From Lytechinus pictus (taxonomy: Eukaryota), in the NCBI RefSeq assembly GCF_037042905.1, contig NC_087249.1:9178001-9242000 (forward strand): a stretch of DNA of 64,000 nt, given 5' to 3'. The notes beneath the pieces are model-generated. The model saw only the letters and a list, made by a program, of their open reading frames with translations, was not told where the DNA came from and did no database searches. Both the position numbers and the translations under genes were made by a program. Of this stretch, positions 26,208-39,796 are shown in pieces (position 1 is the stretch's first letter; each line of letters starts with the position of its first letter).

Positions 26208-26536
26208 AATAGTTACATACAATGTAGCATATTTATTTAATACTTTACGAGTTAAACACACAAACCATTTGTCTTCTTGAGCCCCCCCCCCCCCCCCATA
26301 GACTGATGAGAAAGACACTTTGGGGGGGTCTGTTTTATATAAGTAGTATTATGTAAAAAGTATATTAAATCACTATTATATTACTTTTTAAAATGTTTTA
26401 CCTACAGATGAGGTGTAATCAAGTTTGGTAACAAAAAATGCCACTCTTGTGAGGGGTGAGTTCATAAATAATAAATTGAATGGAAGACTTTGAAAATTAA
26501 ACACTATCTACAGTTTTGAGTGCAGCATGATGTTGG

Positions 26537-26634
26537 TAAATCTCTTGCTGAAGAAAACAATCCATGGCTTGGATTCGAGCCTACATCCCTATAATTGAAA
26601 AACGAGAGTCATAACCACTAGACCACAATGCCCT
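26537..26634 (-). mobile_element. 5' fragment of the tRNA-derived SINE
   Basis: Reverse complement shows TGTGGTCTAGTGG, GGCTCGAATCCAAGCCATGG and TTCTTCAGCAAGAGATTTA. Confidence 0.7.
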
Positions 26635-27266
26635 CAAAAGAAGTTTTTAATATTTTTTATTTAAAGAGAGAACGGTTACGTGTTGAATTTCCCCAAGTGT
26701 TGTGGCTCCAACATTACACCACATACCTCTTTTGATGAGCCGAACATTACGCTGCCCCTGTAAAACTTGACCTAAAGTGACATGACTCGAGTTACTGGTA
26801 GAGAATGAAGCAGTGTAACACTTGCTATCAGGATATTAGTCACAATGTAGGGATTAGTTAAACTAAGCCAATATACGTCTATACCTTTCCAACTATTCCC
26901 TGTCACAGTGCCCGGCCTCATTCCCCGTCTGATGCTGGAGCAGAATCAGTACTGACAGGGCATGGCTGGCCCGACATGTCCGAACGCCGGTACATGGAAA
27001 TCGGATTATTCAATTCCTAACTCGGGCATTAACCAATAAACAGGCAACAGATAACTGCACTGTGCCAACTGCGTACAATGCATTTGTTGATTGATTTTGC
27101 AGAGCAGCTGTGAACGCTTGGCCATCCCCCTTTTAAATGGAGCACACATGTAATTTAGTCTATTTTATACATGTGTGTCTTCCTCTTACTCTCTCCCTTT
27201 ATCTATCCTTCCCCAATGCTCTTCCTGTCCTCTTTCCACCGTTTGTCCTCCTCTTCCTTAAGTTAA

Positions 27267-27858
27267 AGGTCAAGTCCACCCCAGGAAAATGCTGACTTGA
27301 ATAAACAGAGAAAAATCAAACTAGCATAGTGCTGAAAATTTCATCAAAATTGAATGCAAAATAAGAAAATTATGACATTTTAAAGTTTCGCTTATTTTTC
27401 ACAAAACAGTCATATGCACAACTAGGTGAGTCAGTTGATGATGTCCATCACTCACTATTTCTTTTGTTTTTCATTGTTTGAATTATACAATATTTCATTT
27501 TTATAGATTTGACAATAAGGACCAACTTGACTGAACCATATATAGTATTAAACAATGCTAATTCCACATGTTCAGGGAGGAATAAATCGTTGTATCACTT
27601 GACAATGAGGAGAAAATTAGAAAATTTCGTATTTCATATAATAAAATACAAAAGAAATAGTGAGTGGATGACGTCATAGTCTCCTCATTTGCATACCAGC
27701 CAGGATGTGCATATAACTGTTTTGTGAAATTAAGCGAAACTTTAAAATGTCATAACTTTCTTATTTTACATCCGATTTTGATGAAATTTTCAGTGTTATG
27801 CTTGTTGGATTTTTATCTTTTTATTCAAATCAACTTTTAATTGGGGTGGACTTGTCCT
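27267..27858. mobile_element. Complete Kolobok-like MITE with TTAA TSD
   Basis: TTAA|AGGTCAAGTCCACCCC ... GGGGTGGACTTGTCCT|TTAA; long subterminal inverted similarity. Confidence 0.85.
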
Positions 27859-27863
27859 TTAAG

Positions 27864-28297
27864 CGGTTACACTTCGTAATTCCGAAGGTTCGTAATTCCG
27901 AAACACGTAAATTGCCTATACCTCGATGTTCGTTAATCCGAAAACGTAAAAGGGTTCGTTAATCCGAACATTTGTGGCATTATTCCGAAGGTTCGATTAT
28001 CCGAAAACGAAATAAGGTTCGATATTCCGAAGGTACGTTAGTCTGAAAACGAAATAAGGTTTGTTAATCATTACGTTTTCGGACTAACGAACCTTCGGAA
28101 TTACGAACCTCATTTCGTTTTCGGATTAACGAACCTTAGGAATTACGAACCTTACTTTGTTTTCGGACTAACGAACCTTCGGAATTACGAACCTTTGGAA
28201 ATACGAACCTTCGGAATAACGAACCTTCGGAATAACGAACCTTCGGAATAACGAAGCTTCGGAATAACGAAGCTTCTGAATTACGGTTGTATGCGCC
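27864..28297. mobile_element. Non-autonomous element built of 15-bp repeats (GGTTCGTAATTCCGA), probable 6-bp TSD
   Basis: Left half carries TTCGT(A/T)A(T)TCCGAA repeats; right half carries the inverted TTCGGAATAACGAACC repeats; flanked by (CC)TTTAAG on both sides. Confidence 0.75.
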
Positions 28298-30135
28298 TTT
28301 AAGCAGTCATTTTTCAAGAATCCAGATCACTGCTTAAAGGAATATCCATCAAAAATTTTAAGAGTTAACCGAATTTTTATTTCTTGATTTGTGACGTCAT
28401 ATGCGAGCGTCTTCTCCACGTATCGTATGGTAAAGAAAATGAACAAAATTATTTTTCTCAAAAAATTGCAGAGGTTTGATTGTACCTTCAGTATATCAAC
28501 AAACAAGTTATTTCACACCCGCTCCTGAAAGAACAAAAGAGTTATAAAAAAAAATTAAAGATACTTTCAATAGTTGTAATACTTTGACAAGTCATACTTG
28601 ATTTTAAATATCACTTTATTTTTTATTATATGTGATCTACATGGCAAACTGAAACAGCAGGACCATGCATAAAAATAAAACATTAATAAGTGAAACTAAA
28701 AATAAAGGAACAAATGATAATTCTTCCTTGTTGACAACATTCTGTGACATCTTTCTCCCCTAAAAGCTAGAAGTCAGCTGCATGGCCAATCCATCTCACT
28801 CCCCTCCAAACAATTTACAAAACCAAAATTGCAAGGGCAGTCTCCCTTATATTACTGTTTGTCTATGCCCCGAAGTCAATACTCTAAACCATGCATTTCT
28901 ACCGGTACGCATCAAAATGTGCAGATGCTGTTGGTATCGAGCAATACAAATGTGACCACAATTCAATTAACCCAGATTCTAGATGCCAATTTTCTTGTCC
29001 CCACCAATACATCCCATCATCACATTCATTTTCCAGGCGCGGCCAAATCGGAACCAGGGAATGCTCTTAAAGTTTTGAAAAGAAATTTGCATTTCAGGCG
29101 CGATTACACCCCTGCAACGTCTCGGCAATAAATGCCAAACTGGAATATGATAGACCTGGGAATGAGAGAGAGAGAGAGAGAGAGGGGGGCATCCCACTCA
29201 CTAGTAACCACTATCTGCAAGTAAAGATTACCACATGACCACTAATGACATTTAAATGTAGTCCTCTTTTTTTTCATATAAAGCTCAAACGAAACATAAA
29301 ACTTCAGTATTAATAAAATGGAAGGGGACAAAAAAAATTAACTAAAATTGAGGTCTTGATTTATCCTCAAAACTCAATCCCCTGACATGCTATTACATGA
29401 CAGTTCAAATGTGACATATATACATTGTACATTTTGTAGAAACAACAAGTATTTTACTTTAAGAACATTATCATATCATGGGAATAGAATACAAAATTGG
29501 GGGATAATTGAGTATTTTGCAATATCCATGTGTCATAGAAGACAAATTAAAATCATCTTATAAAGCTACTTTTATTCTGGTGTACATGTGCATAACTTAA
29601 AGTTTTTTTTCTCATAGTTATAATTAATATACAGTAGGCCAGTATTCGCAAAATGGTTTGATTCTGTTGTACCATCGTTTATAAAGCTTAGATGCAATGA
29701 TTATAATTTAGAATACATGTATACAAAACATAAAGAAAAAAAAATCAATAATAATTTAGTTTTCATTAACGGATGCTAGAAGATTAGTTGAGATTACTGC
29801 ATAAAGAAAAGTGATACAATGCATATATCCCAAATGCTCTCTAAGAACCCCTTGCACGTCCACCAAGTTACATGTACTTGTAGAAATTAAGACAACTTCC
29901 TTCAGTCCCACTCCCTATACTGAATGATCCCGAAGATCACATCTCTTGATGAGGAAAGCTCCCCAGCTCGAGAAGAGTACCGGGGAAGTTGTCAAATAAA
30001 GTCATTTAGCCTGCTACTAATACTATTGTCAACAGCAAACAAAACTACTTTTTCTGAACTTTGCCTTAATTTACACCTAAAAAGAGGTATGTCAAGAATG
30101 TGATCTCAAGAATTTCATATTTTTAATGCTCTTCT

Positions 30136-30310
30136 AATAGACCTTATGCATGTGATGTCATACTCTCATAGCGCCCTCCCTCAGAGGATATAGTAATACG
30201 CATGAACAGTGTTGTCAGAGATGTGCCAGCTGCAGATCACCAACACATGCAAGATATTGGCTTCAGCCTCTAAGATGGCGGTGCAATGAAACCAATGCAT
30301 AAGGTCTATT
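30136..30310. mobile_element. 175-bp MITE
   Basis: Perfect 16-bp TIR AATAGACCTTATGCAT / ATGCATAAGGTCTATT; TSD unclear. Confidence 0.6.
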
Positions 30311-30693
30311 TCATTTTTTTAAACACTGAGCATTCAATTTCCTGACACAATTAAAGGGGAATCCAACCCACAAGTTGATAGGTAAATATTTGAACAATAT
30401 CGGACAAACAAGAAGACAGTTATGAATTTTCAAAAGTTGTAAATATTGGTAATCACTATACCCATGGAGACTTCAAGTTGGCCGCATATGTGATGTCATA
30501 GTATAAGGCAAGGACTCCTCTTCCATGTACTCCAATACATACAAAGGCTAAAATGTCATTTTTCCCAAGTTTAATTTCAAATTATATTTTTCTTTCATGA
30601 GGACATAAAACAATACACTACCTGGGTTATATTTAGATTACTACCCCAGGGTAATGGTTTACTTAAAGAAAACCACAAATCCCTGATTATTAA

Positions 30694-31280
30694 AGGAGAA
30701 TGAAACTCTTGGAGCAAGTTAGCTTTTGTGAAAGCAGAAAAATCAAAGAATAAGATCAACAAAAGTCTGAGTAAAATAGGACTAGCAATAGAAGAGTTAT
30801 GAGCATTTGAATGTCGAGATCACTAATGCTATGGAGATCCTCCCATTGGCAATGCGACCAAGATCTATGATGTCACAGATGAACAACTCTCCCCATTTGG
30901 ACACTGAAAATATACCCCAAAACATCTCTTTTTGCTCATTCTAATCATATGACAAACGATTCATCAATGATATAATGTTGTGAAACCTCTGTACTTGTCC
31001 TCTCATAATAAAGAGAACACCTCACCTTGTGATAGACTCTATAAAAGTGAGAATATAAGTGAAATAAGTACTAAAGTAATGAGGGAGTTGTACGTGTGTG
31101 ACATCACAGATCTTGGTCGCATTGCCAATGGGAAGATCTACATGGCATTAGTGATCTCAATATTCAAATGCTCATAACTTTCTTATTATTCATTCAATCT
31201 TCCTCAAACTTTCAACAATATGTTTCTTTGATTTTTCTCTTTGATATGGATTCAGCTGGTTTCAAGGGTTTCGTTCTCCT
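30694..31280. mobile_element. Nested Kolobok-like TTAA MITE (587 bp)
   Basis: TTAA|AGGAGAATGAAAC ... GTTTCGTTCTCCT|TTAA; ~75-bp internal inverted repeat (30800-30878 vs ~31099-31178). Confidence 0.85.
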
Positions 31281-31360
31281 TTAAGTATATGGCCTATGGG
31301 GAGAGTTGTCCTTGCCCCTTGTCATAATTTACTTACCCTGGTTGCCAAGTTGAAATCTAC

Positions 31361-32021
31361 TACCCTTTTTACACACGCTAAAAAGTCCTTAACCCCGTAC
31401 TATAGGTGGGGCTAAATTGCCATTTAGCCCCACCTATAGTACGGGGTTAAGCTTAGCCCACTTTCTTTTTACACAGCATTTTTGCAAAGTGGGCTAACCC
31501 CACCTTTAGTACGGGATTATTTGGCCCTGCAAAAAAGCACAGTTATCCCAGCAATTGCAGTGCTAAGAGCGATAGTACGGGGTTAAGATCGCTAGTGTAA
31601 AACGAAAGTGGGCTAAGCGCTCCCATTCATGCCCCGCAACAGTGCCGGCCCTGTTGTCCAATCAGAGGTAAGCATAATGAATATTCATGAACAGCAAACA
31701 CGGTGATGAGAATCAAGCAAATAACGTAATTAGGTCTATTGTATAGCCGGTAAACAATTCCGAGTGAAGTACTTGTACTACGAATGATCGACAAATGTAT
31801 TTAAAGCGCGCGCGATTTTGGATATGACCCGAATGACCCCTCAGTGCGCTCGTGAATATTCATGAGCTACCACTAGTCCGGGGTTAGCGAGTTTCGTGTG
31901 TGAAAAGCAAGCATTCCTTATCCGGGGTTAGCAATAACAATTTGGCATGGGTGAAAAGGAAAAAAAATAGTACGGGGTTAAGGATAGTCCGGGGCTAAGA
32001 AAATCCTGTGTAAAAAGGGTA
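31361..32021. mobile_element. Nested PIF/Harbinger-like MITE (661 bp)
   Basis: TIR TACCCTTTTTACACA / TGTGTAAAAAGGGTA; 3-bp TSD TAC (31358-31360, 32022-32024). Confidence 0.85.
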
Positions 32022-33717
32022 TACATGTACATAGTCTTGGTGATCTCAATTTAAAAGCAGCCATAACTTTCTTATTGCTTGTCCAATTTCTTTCAAACTT
32101 TCAGCATTTTTTTTAATTTATTTTTCTCCTTTCCAACACATTTTATGGCCAAAGCTGGATTCCCCTTTAACTAGACTATGATTCTAAACAACCAAGACAA
32201 CTTATATTTTTAAAATATTTTTTTCAACATAAGACTCTTTGAGATTGCTTTGTATTGATCACCTTCCACTGAAAAATGCAAAGTGCCTATCATTAACAAA
32301 TGGAAAGGATGTTCTGAAAAATTGATTACGAATGAACCCTTTTTGTGCTTACTTCAGAAGATATGAAAGTAGTCTTTTAAGTACAGTACATCATTGCAAT
32401 TATTATTTTTTCCTTATTCATCAAATAAAAACAAAAAAATAAAAAGAATTCAGTTTTATTGGGTCCAAGCAATATGACAGGGGGTTAGTCCTTATGATTA
32501 GGGTAAGTAATATGTTGCACACTTCCTGTAGGTATACATGTAATACCTTCAATAATTTCAACACATCACTGTGCATGTTTCCTAATATATCAAAAAGTAA
32601 ATTACCGTACAGAAAGGTATTCAAAATGGTACTACATGAGAGGTTGGATGACCTTGACTTTGAAATATGTTTGGCTGCAGAATATATAATTTTCTGATCC
32701 TATTGAAATATGTATCTGTTGACTGTAAAAAAAAAAATCATAAGGATATTAATAGTATTTGGATACCAGCAATATTTGCAAACACACAAATATGAATTGT
32801 TCTTCCTTCTGCCCTGCTATTTATCTTTGTTCCATTTATTCATTTGTCATTCCTCTCTTCCCTTTTAGATGTATATCTTTCCTCTTCATTTTTATCTCTC
32901 TTGTAATAGCACTTCAACAAGATTGGTTAGCAGTTGGTTACAAACACATTCTTTTTCCTCTTTCTACATGTGTATTTAAAGTATGATGAGTTTCTTTTCT
33001 GGGGTAAGGTTTTGGCATATAAAAGGGAAAAATAATTAACCAATCTGGCCGCCTTTCTTATTTTATTTATTATTTTTTTTATTTATTATTATTATTTTTT
33101 TTTTGGGGGGGGGGGAGGGGTACACATGTTAATGCCTTCATGCAACTAACACATCTCATACATATTCAGTGCTATGAGCATGTAACAGTAAACACAACTA
33201 TAGGGCTGACAATAATATATTTTATTGATCTGTCTCTGTTAAAAGGTTTTATCAATAATCATAATGAATATAAATATAACAGGGCAACAAAACCTACACC
33301 AGTTTCCATGACTTTTTTCTTTGCTTTTAATTATAATTTTATTATGACTCGATTTTACAGGCATGTGCGTGCTCATAAACATGTAGGTGCTGATAAAAGA
33401 GATATTTAAATCCATATCATCACGCTTGTCTACAAAAAATATTAATTCAAAACCAAGTGCTGATCAATAAATATGCAGGAGTATGCAAGTAGTTTGAATG
33501 CATGTTTATTTAATGAACTTTGATACACCAGTCTCTTTATATTATTCCTCTCACATATCCGACAGGGACTTTTTCTCTCTCTCTCTCTCTCATCAAATAA
33601 TTACCCCCGAAAAACCAAATATTTACTTGTGAGATGTTTAGCTATCTGTCTAGTTTAAAAAAAAATTAAAAAAAACATGCCTGTCTTGCACTGATGATAA
33701 ACATCTCATAGGCCCCT

Positions 33718-33870
33718 GGGACTCGTTGCATAAAACTTTTGCTATAAAAAACTCTGGCACTTTTTTAGCCAGAGTTTTTTGTGTAATTTTCAATGGCATA
33801 ATTTTGTTTGCCAGAGTTTTTGTTTATTTGCCAGAGTTTTTTATGGCAAAATTTTTATGCAACGGGTCCA
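33718..33870. mobile_element. Short palindromic MITE (related copies at 35381-35510 and 59343-59507)
   Basis: CGTTGCATAAAA...TTTTATGCAACG termini. Confidence 0.65.
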
Positions 33871-34008
33871 AGGTGTACACAACCTCTTTGGAATAAGAGC
33901 AAAATACTATCAATCGATATGAACGCTGAATAATTTGCAATAAAAAAGGGCAGTCCTTTTACCAACTAATACCAACTAAACACCCATGTCCTACATAGTA
34001 TATCATAT

Positions 34009-35326
34009 GGAGCGTTGTGGCCCAGTGGATTAGTCTTCTGACTTTGAAACAGAGGGCCATGGGTTTGAATCCCAGCCATGGCGTTATTTTCTTCAGCAAG
34101 AAATTTATTCTCATTGTGCTGCACTCAACCCAGGTGAGGTGAATGGGTACCAGGTAGGAAGAAATTCCTTGAATGCTTAAGCGCCTAGGCAGACCAGCTA
34201 AAGCCGGGGTGATAATAATAGCAGGGCCTGCTTATGGCGCGCCATCTGTTTCATAAAGGCGATAAACTCAGTTTATCGCCGAAAAACCTAGTTTATCAAT
34301 CGAAAAACCTAGTTTTTCAATTGAAAAACTAAGTTTTTCGCCGATAAACTTAGTTTTTCGCCGATAAACTAAGTTTATCACTTGAAAAACTAAGTTTATT
34401 AAGAAAAACTAAGTTTATCACCGAAAAACTAGGTTTTTCAAGTGAAAAGCAGAGTTTCTTGAAAAACTAAGTTTTTCGACTGATAAACTGAGTTTTTCTA
34501 GATAAACTGAGTTTTTCAATTGAAAAACTTAGTTTTTCGGCAAAAAACTAGGTTTTTCAAGTGATAAACTTAGTTTATCGGCAAAAAACTAGGTTTTTCA
34601 AGTGATAAACTTAGTTTTTCAATTCTCATAAACTAAGTTTTTCGAATCTGATAAACTGAGTTTTTCTAAGAACGCCATTTGTCCCATAAAAGCGATAAAC
34701 TAGGTTTTTCAAGTGATAAACTGAGTTTATCGTAGAACGCCATTTGTCCCATAAAGGCGATAAACTAGGTTTTTCGCCGATAAACTAGGTTTTTCAATTT
34801 CGATAAACTAAGTTTTTCAATTCGAAAAACCTAGTTTATCGAAATCGAAAAACCTAGTTTATCGAAATTGAAAAACTTAGTTTATCACTTGAAAAACTTA
34901 GTTTATCAAATAACTCTGTTTATCAAATGAAAAACTTAGATTTTCGTTGATAAACTCAGTTTTTCGTTGATAAACTCAGTTTTTCGCCGATAAACTCAGT
35001 TTTTTGCCGATAAACTTAGTTTTTCAATTGAAAAACTAAGTTTATAAAAAAAAAACCTATTTATCAAATGAAAAACTAAGTTTTTCGGCGATAAACTTAG
35101 TTTTTCTTGATAAACTGAGTTTTTCAAGTGATAAACTTAGTTTATCGGCGAAAAACTAAGTTTATCGGCGAAAAACTAGGTTTTTCGGCGATAAACTGAG
35201 TTTATCGCCTTTATGAAACAGATGGCGCGCCATACCTGCTGGGAGAACAGTTTTTAGAACTGAAGTTGCTTCCCTGGGTAAATATACCAATATTATTAGT
35301 ACTATTATTATCATTATTATTATCAT
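34009..35326 (+). mobile_element. tRNA-derived SINE interrupted by an IS3EU-like element
   Basis: Head and core at 34009-34232, tail resumes at 35235; the rejoined sequence CAGGGCCTGCTGGGAGAACAG matches the intact SINE at 966-985. Confidence 0.85.
34233..35234. mobile_element. Non-autonomous IS3EU-like element (1002 bp) filled with ~21-bp palindromic units
   Basis: TATGG...CCATA termini; ~60-bp TIR; perfect 6-bp TSD CCTGCT (34227-34232, 35235-35240). TAY..RTA termini with a 6-bp TSD are the described IS3EU signature. Confidence 0.8.
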
Positions 35327-36387
35327 TTCCTATAAAATGTCACAAGCCTCTTATCAATTTCTCTACAATCTGTGAAGAACGGGGGCCTGTTGCATAAGAT
35401 ATGGGGGAAAAAAACTCTGGCAAACAGAATTATGCCATTGACACTTTAAAAACACATTGAAAAACTCTAGCAAAAAAAAAGCCAGTTTTTCTTTTTATTC
35501 AACAGGCCCCGGGTTGGTTCACACAAGCATGGCAAGACAACTGTCCAAAAAAGGAAATAGAAATTTGATATTGTTCATATGACAAGGAGTCATGGATTTC
35601 CCTGATTTACGCAATCAGTATTTATAAAGCAGTTTAAATTCTTTGTTCTAAAATTAGGAGATGTCAATGTTGTGTCATTCTTCATTCTACATTTTAAAGA
35701 AAAGTGAATATACACATCATTATGTGCATTTGTGTATGTATTCATTGCCAAATCGAAATCAAGAAAAGTGTCAGTTACACATTTATTTATATTCAACAAC
35801 AATTCAAAAATCAAAATGCTGTTTAAAAATAAAAGATAAACCTAGCGTATCCAGGTTAAGTAATTTTATCACTTGAATATTTAAAGATGCTACTGCTACC
35901 CACGTTAAAGTCAATTTTCTTACTTTAGAGAAATTCTGCTTTTCAAATGGAAAACTCTGTGAAACTCAGTGAAAAACTGTTCAGTTTCCCCTGCTTTTAC
36001 ATAAAAAAGCAATTAATGTTTATGTTTTTTGCCTAATTCCTCTATGGGCCATTTATAGGACATTTAACTAAACTTGCATTTGAGAAGAAGGTGCAGGGTA
36101 GGAGGCATCACATTTACTGGATGAATCAACTCAAGAGGATTAGTCAATCTCGTTGAGATTAGGGAGATGTTGCCTCTAGCACCCCTACCCCTCCCCACCC
36201 TCTCTCTCTCTTCCTGCCCTGTCTCCTCATCCTTATTTATCTCATTTCTCTGTCAGTTGAAAGGAAAAGCTTTAAGTCAATGAACCTCTTTTTTTTCTTT
36301 GCAATCGCTTTGTCCTTTCAAATGTTTCCTCTGCCCCCCCCCCATTTTTTTAAGGGAGGGTGTCTTGTAATTACAAAATGTGTTACA

Positions 36388-36720
36388 ATACAAGTAGATC
36401 TATCTACACTGTATACCTCTTTCAACATCATGTATCAAATTACATAGAGGACAAGAAGTCACAAAATGTGTTCATCAATTTGGTAAAACAGCTAAATGTG
36501 CAATACACAATACAAGTAGATCATCTATCTATACCTCTTTCAACATCATGTATCAAATTACATACATGTAGGGGACAATAAGTCACAAAATGTGGTCATC
36601 AATTTGGTAAAACATCTAAATGTGCAATACACAATACAAGTACGTGTAGATCTATCTAAACCTCATCCAACATCATGTATCGAATTACATACATTTAGTG
36701 GACAAACAATAAGTCACATA
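36388..36720 (+). repeat. ~123-bp tandem repeat, ~2.7 diverged copies
   Basis: TACAAGTA..GATC..TATCTA..CCTC..CAACATCATGTATC recurs at ~36389, 36512 and 36635. Confidence 0.75.
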
Positions 36721-38493
36721 GTCATGATATTGTGCAGTACTTCAATACAATCACGTTGCAAACTGTTCACAAGCACCTCGTCTGAAGTAGTCACATGCAC
36801 GCAACACATTTAAAACCAACATTCCCCAGACATATTCCAATAACATTTACAAAACAACGTGCCAATTTTAATCTACCGCGACGCGGCCCAGACAAGGCAG
36901 GGGCAAAGCTCCCATCATTGTCCATTACATTACTGTCAAAGCGTTTGTGTAATTGCAAGAGCCAGACGGTCGGTAATGCCTCAAAATAATATCCATCAAA
37001 ACTGAAACCAAAGCAGACATCCCCAGCCTGTCTAATGAGATACTAGACTTGATTGAAGCATGTACATGTAATTAATCCCCAAAAAGTGTTTTGTTTTCAT
37101 ACTGTTTTCATAATAACAAACTAATAACTCACACGTACATTTAGACTCTTGTTTATTGTCAGGGCTCGTTTCATGTTTCGATCCATCAATGTAAAGTGTC
37201 ATACACAAATAATCTGTAATAAGATGTCTCGATTAGAATATTTACTTTCCAAAGTACCATTCAAGTACTCTTCAAAATTTGTTTTCATAAAATACAGTTT
37301 AATATCTCAGATCATTCATTCCTCCTTATCTCTCATTACAAAGGTAATAATGAAAGTGAACCCCTGGAAATTTCCATTTTAAAAGAAAATTTGATAGACA
37401 AAAGCAATTTCGTTAAACTACAAAAAACGGTGTATAATGAAATAAGTTACTTACTTTCTATGGCAATATTAACACTTGCAATTTTGCTCTAAAATGGCAG
37501 GTTTAGTATTTTTACTTACATTCCCTATTATTGTCTATTTGATGTCTATTGTAAAGTCAATATATGTGTCAAGCTGCACCTTGAAAGATAATGAAGGAAA
37601 TATGGAGAGTTGTACACCTGTAGGCAATAAGAGATAATGTATTCTCAGAATAACTTACCGGTAATAATATTTTCTATAAAAAGAGACCATGTATCTCCAC
37701 TGTTATCATCATCCCCCGGGGAGAAAAAAATTACATGTGGGGGGGGGGGGGCTCAGGGCTCATTCATCCCCAAAATGCTCCCAAGTGCCCTTGAAGACCG
37801 TAGAGCCCCTAAATTTCCCATAGGGTCCAATGTAAGCAGTATTATAGCAAATTTGGGCTGGTGAGCTCAAAATGTACGTAGTACAGATTTTTCATCAATT
37901 TTTTCCCTTGATCATCTTACTATAGTAGAAAGCATCATGCATTACACATTCAAATTGGTCTAGAGTTCTGAATATATTCAGTTTTCAAAGTATCATTGAA
38001 GTAAACTTTTAATATTGATCTTTAATGGGACTTTTACACTTTCCTTTATATCAAGAAAGAAAAAAAAAAATACCAGCAGTGTGTTTTATCATAAAGCTGT
38101 TCATAAGTTACGAGTGACTTTACAGACGACCAGTGATCCTTTCTTGTGCACCAAATTTCATTTGGTGTGGATTTACATGTAGCTCCTAAGAAAGAATCAC
38201 CAGTCATTTGCGAAATTGCTTTTTTACAAACAGTTTTATGAAACATCAATCTGATATTTTGCCTACTGGGAAGCATGCTTGTAGAGATAAATAAATATTC
38301 CTGAAAGAAAATACCTGCAAATCAGTTCATACAAATTATTATAACTTTTGATGGGGGGCAAGACTGATGCATATCATTTGGCTTTGTTGTGTATAAAAAT
38401 TAAATGCAACCTTGTTGGGGATTCATAGGAATATCACTGATTTGGGCAGGTCTAAATGCATGGAGTGGATAATCACATATTTTAAGGCATTAA

Positions 38494-39031
38494 AGGGGTA
38501 CTCTAGGCAGACAATGATTATATCTAAATAAACAGAGTAAAATTCACCAAGAAAAATGAAAGTTTCATCAAGATCTGGTAACAAATATCAAAGTTGTTTA
38601 ATTTTAAAGATAGTTCTATAACCATGCCATCATATATATGCAATAGGTGGACTGATGATGACTTTTCCTTTTATTTTATTGAATCAAATAATGTGTGTAA
38701 GATACATGTATATCTCCCTTGTAATAAATAAATAAGTTGCAGCAATGATTATACTACATATTAAATCAGTAGTCAATCCATTTTTTTTATTCCATCATTG
38801 GAGGGTAAATCGATTGTGAAAAAATTATAAGTGAGGATATGACATCATCAGCTTGCTCATTGCATATTCATGAAGACATGCATAGAATTGTTTCACCAAA
38901 ATTATGTAAACTGACTTTAGAATGTCATAACTTTGTTATACCTTGTCTTATATTAATTAATTTTCAGTGTTTTGTTTGTCTGGTTTTACTAATCTGTTCA
39001 ATTCATATTATTTTCAGCCTAAAGAACCCTT
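38494..39031. mobile_element. Diverged Kolobok-like TTAA MITE
   Basis: TTAA|AGGGGTACTCTAGGC ... GCCTAAAGAACCCTT; internal similarity to the other TTAA elements. Confidence 0.5.
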
Positions 39032-39796
39032 CTAATATATATAGGCCTTCCTCAATCATATGTTATCATTTTCCTTTAAATCCTCTCATATCAAAATGTC
39101 ATGTCATCATAGCTAGTTTCAATTTTGAAAACGTCCTTCATGCCTGAATGAAAGGTGAAAAAATCATCTTCCTACTCAAGAATATGTACGATAACAAACA
39201 ACTTCAAAAATGCGACCACGTGATGTGAAACTAAAAGGGAGAATGCAAACATGAAATATAGACCACAGGCAAACAATTACAATGTACATGTCTATTTGTT
39301 TTGTCTGTCTTGAAACTGAATAACAAGTAATTCATGTTTTGCTCTCTCTCTCCCTCTTCCATCTGTCTCTCTCCCTCATTCTCTCCCTTCCTTTCTGTCT
39401 CTCCCCCTCTGTGTGTCTCTCCCCCCCCCCCCCTCTCTCTCACGCAACGCCCCTTATCCTAATATTTGTGCACTCCTTTACCGACAAGGTGAATTATAAC
39501 TACTGGTTACATTCTGCAACTGTACACAATATTATTCCTGGAAACTGAAAGCAGTCTAGAGTTTTCAGAGTTGACATTACATCCAGGATTGATAATAATA
39601 TCCCCTCAGACTGTGCCTTATTTCTCACCTTTAACAAGCATTAATCAATTGACTGATTAAGGGCTTCAAGTTCAACCAACTACAAAATTCTTTTTATTAC
39701 TCTATATTTTTCAAAACTTAATGGTATGCCTCCAAATTACTAGTACACATGCTTCAATTCTGCCACCCCCCCCCCACACACACACGCCCACACATA

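Larger units (their letters stand above)
30355..32166. mobile_element. Kolobok-like TTAA MITE hosting two nested insertions
   Basis: TTAA|AGGGGAATCCA ... TGGATTCCCCT|TTAA. Confidence 0.8.

Noticed and set aside
34260..35210. CRISPR-like or iteron-like regular repeats (also 27864-28297 and 6017-7112)
   Set aside because: No unique spacers of 25-45 bp, no cas genes, eukaryotic context, and each is bounded by TIRs/TSDs.
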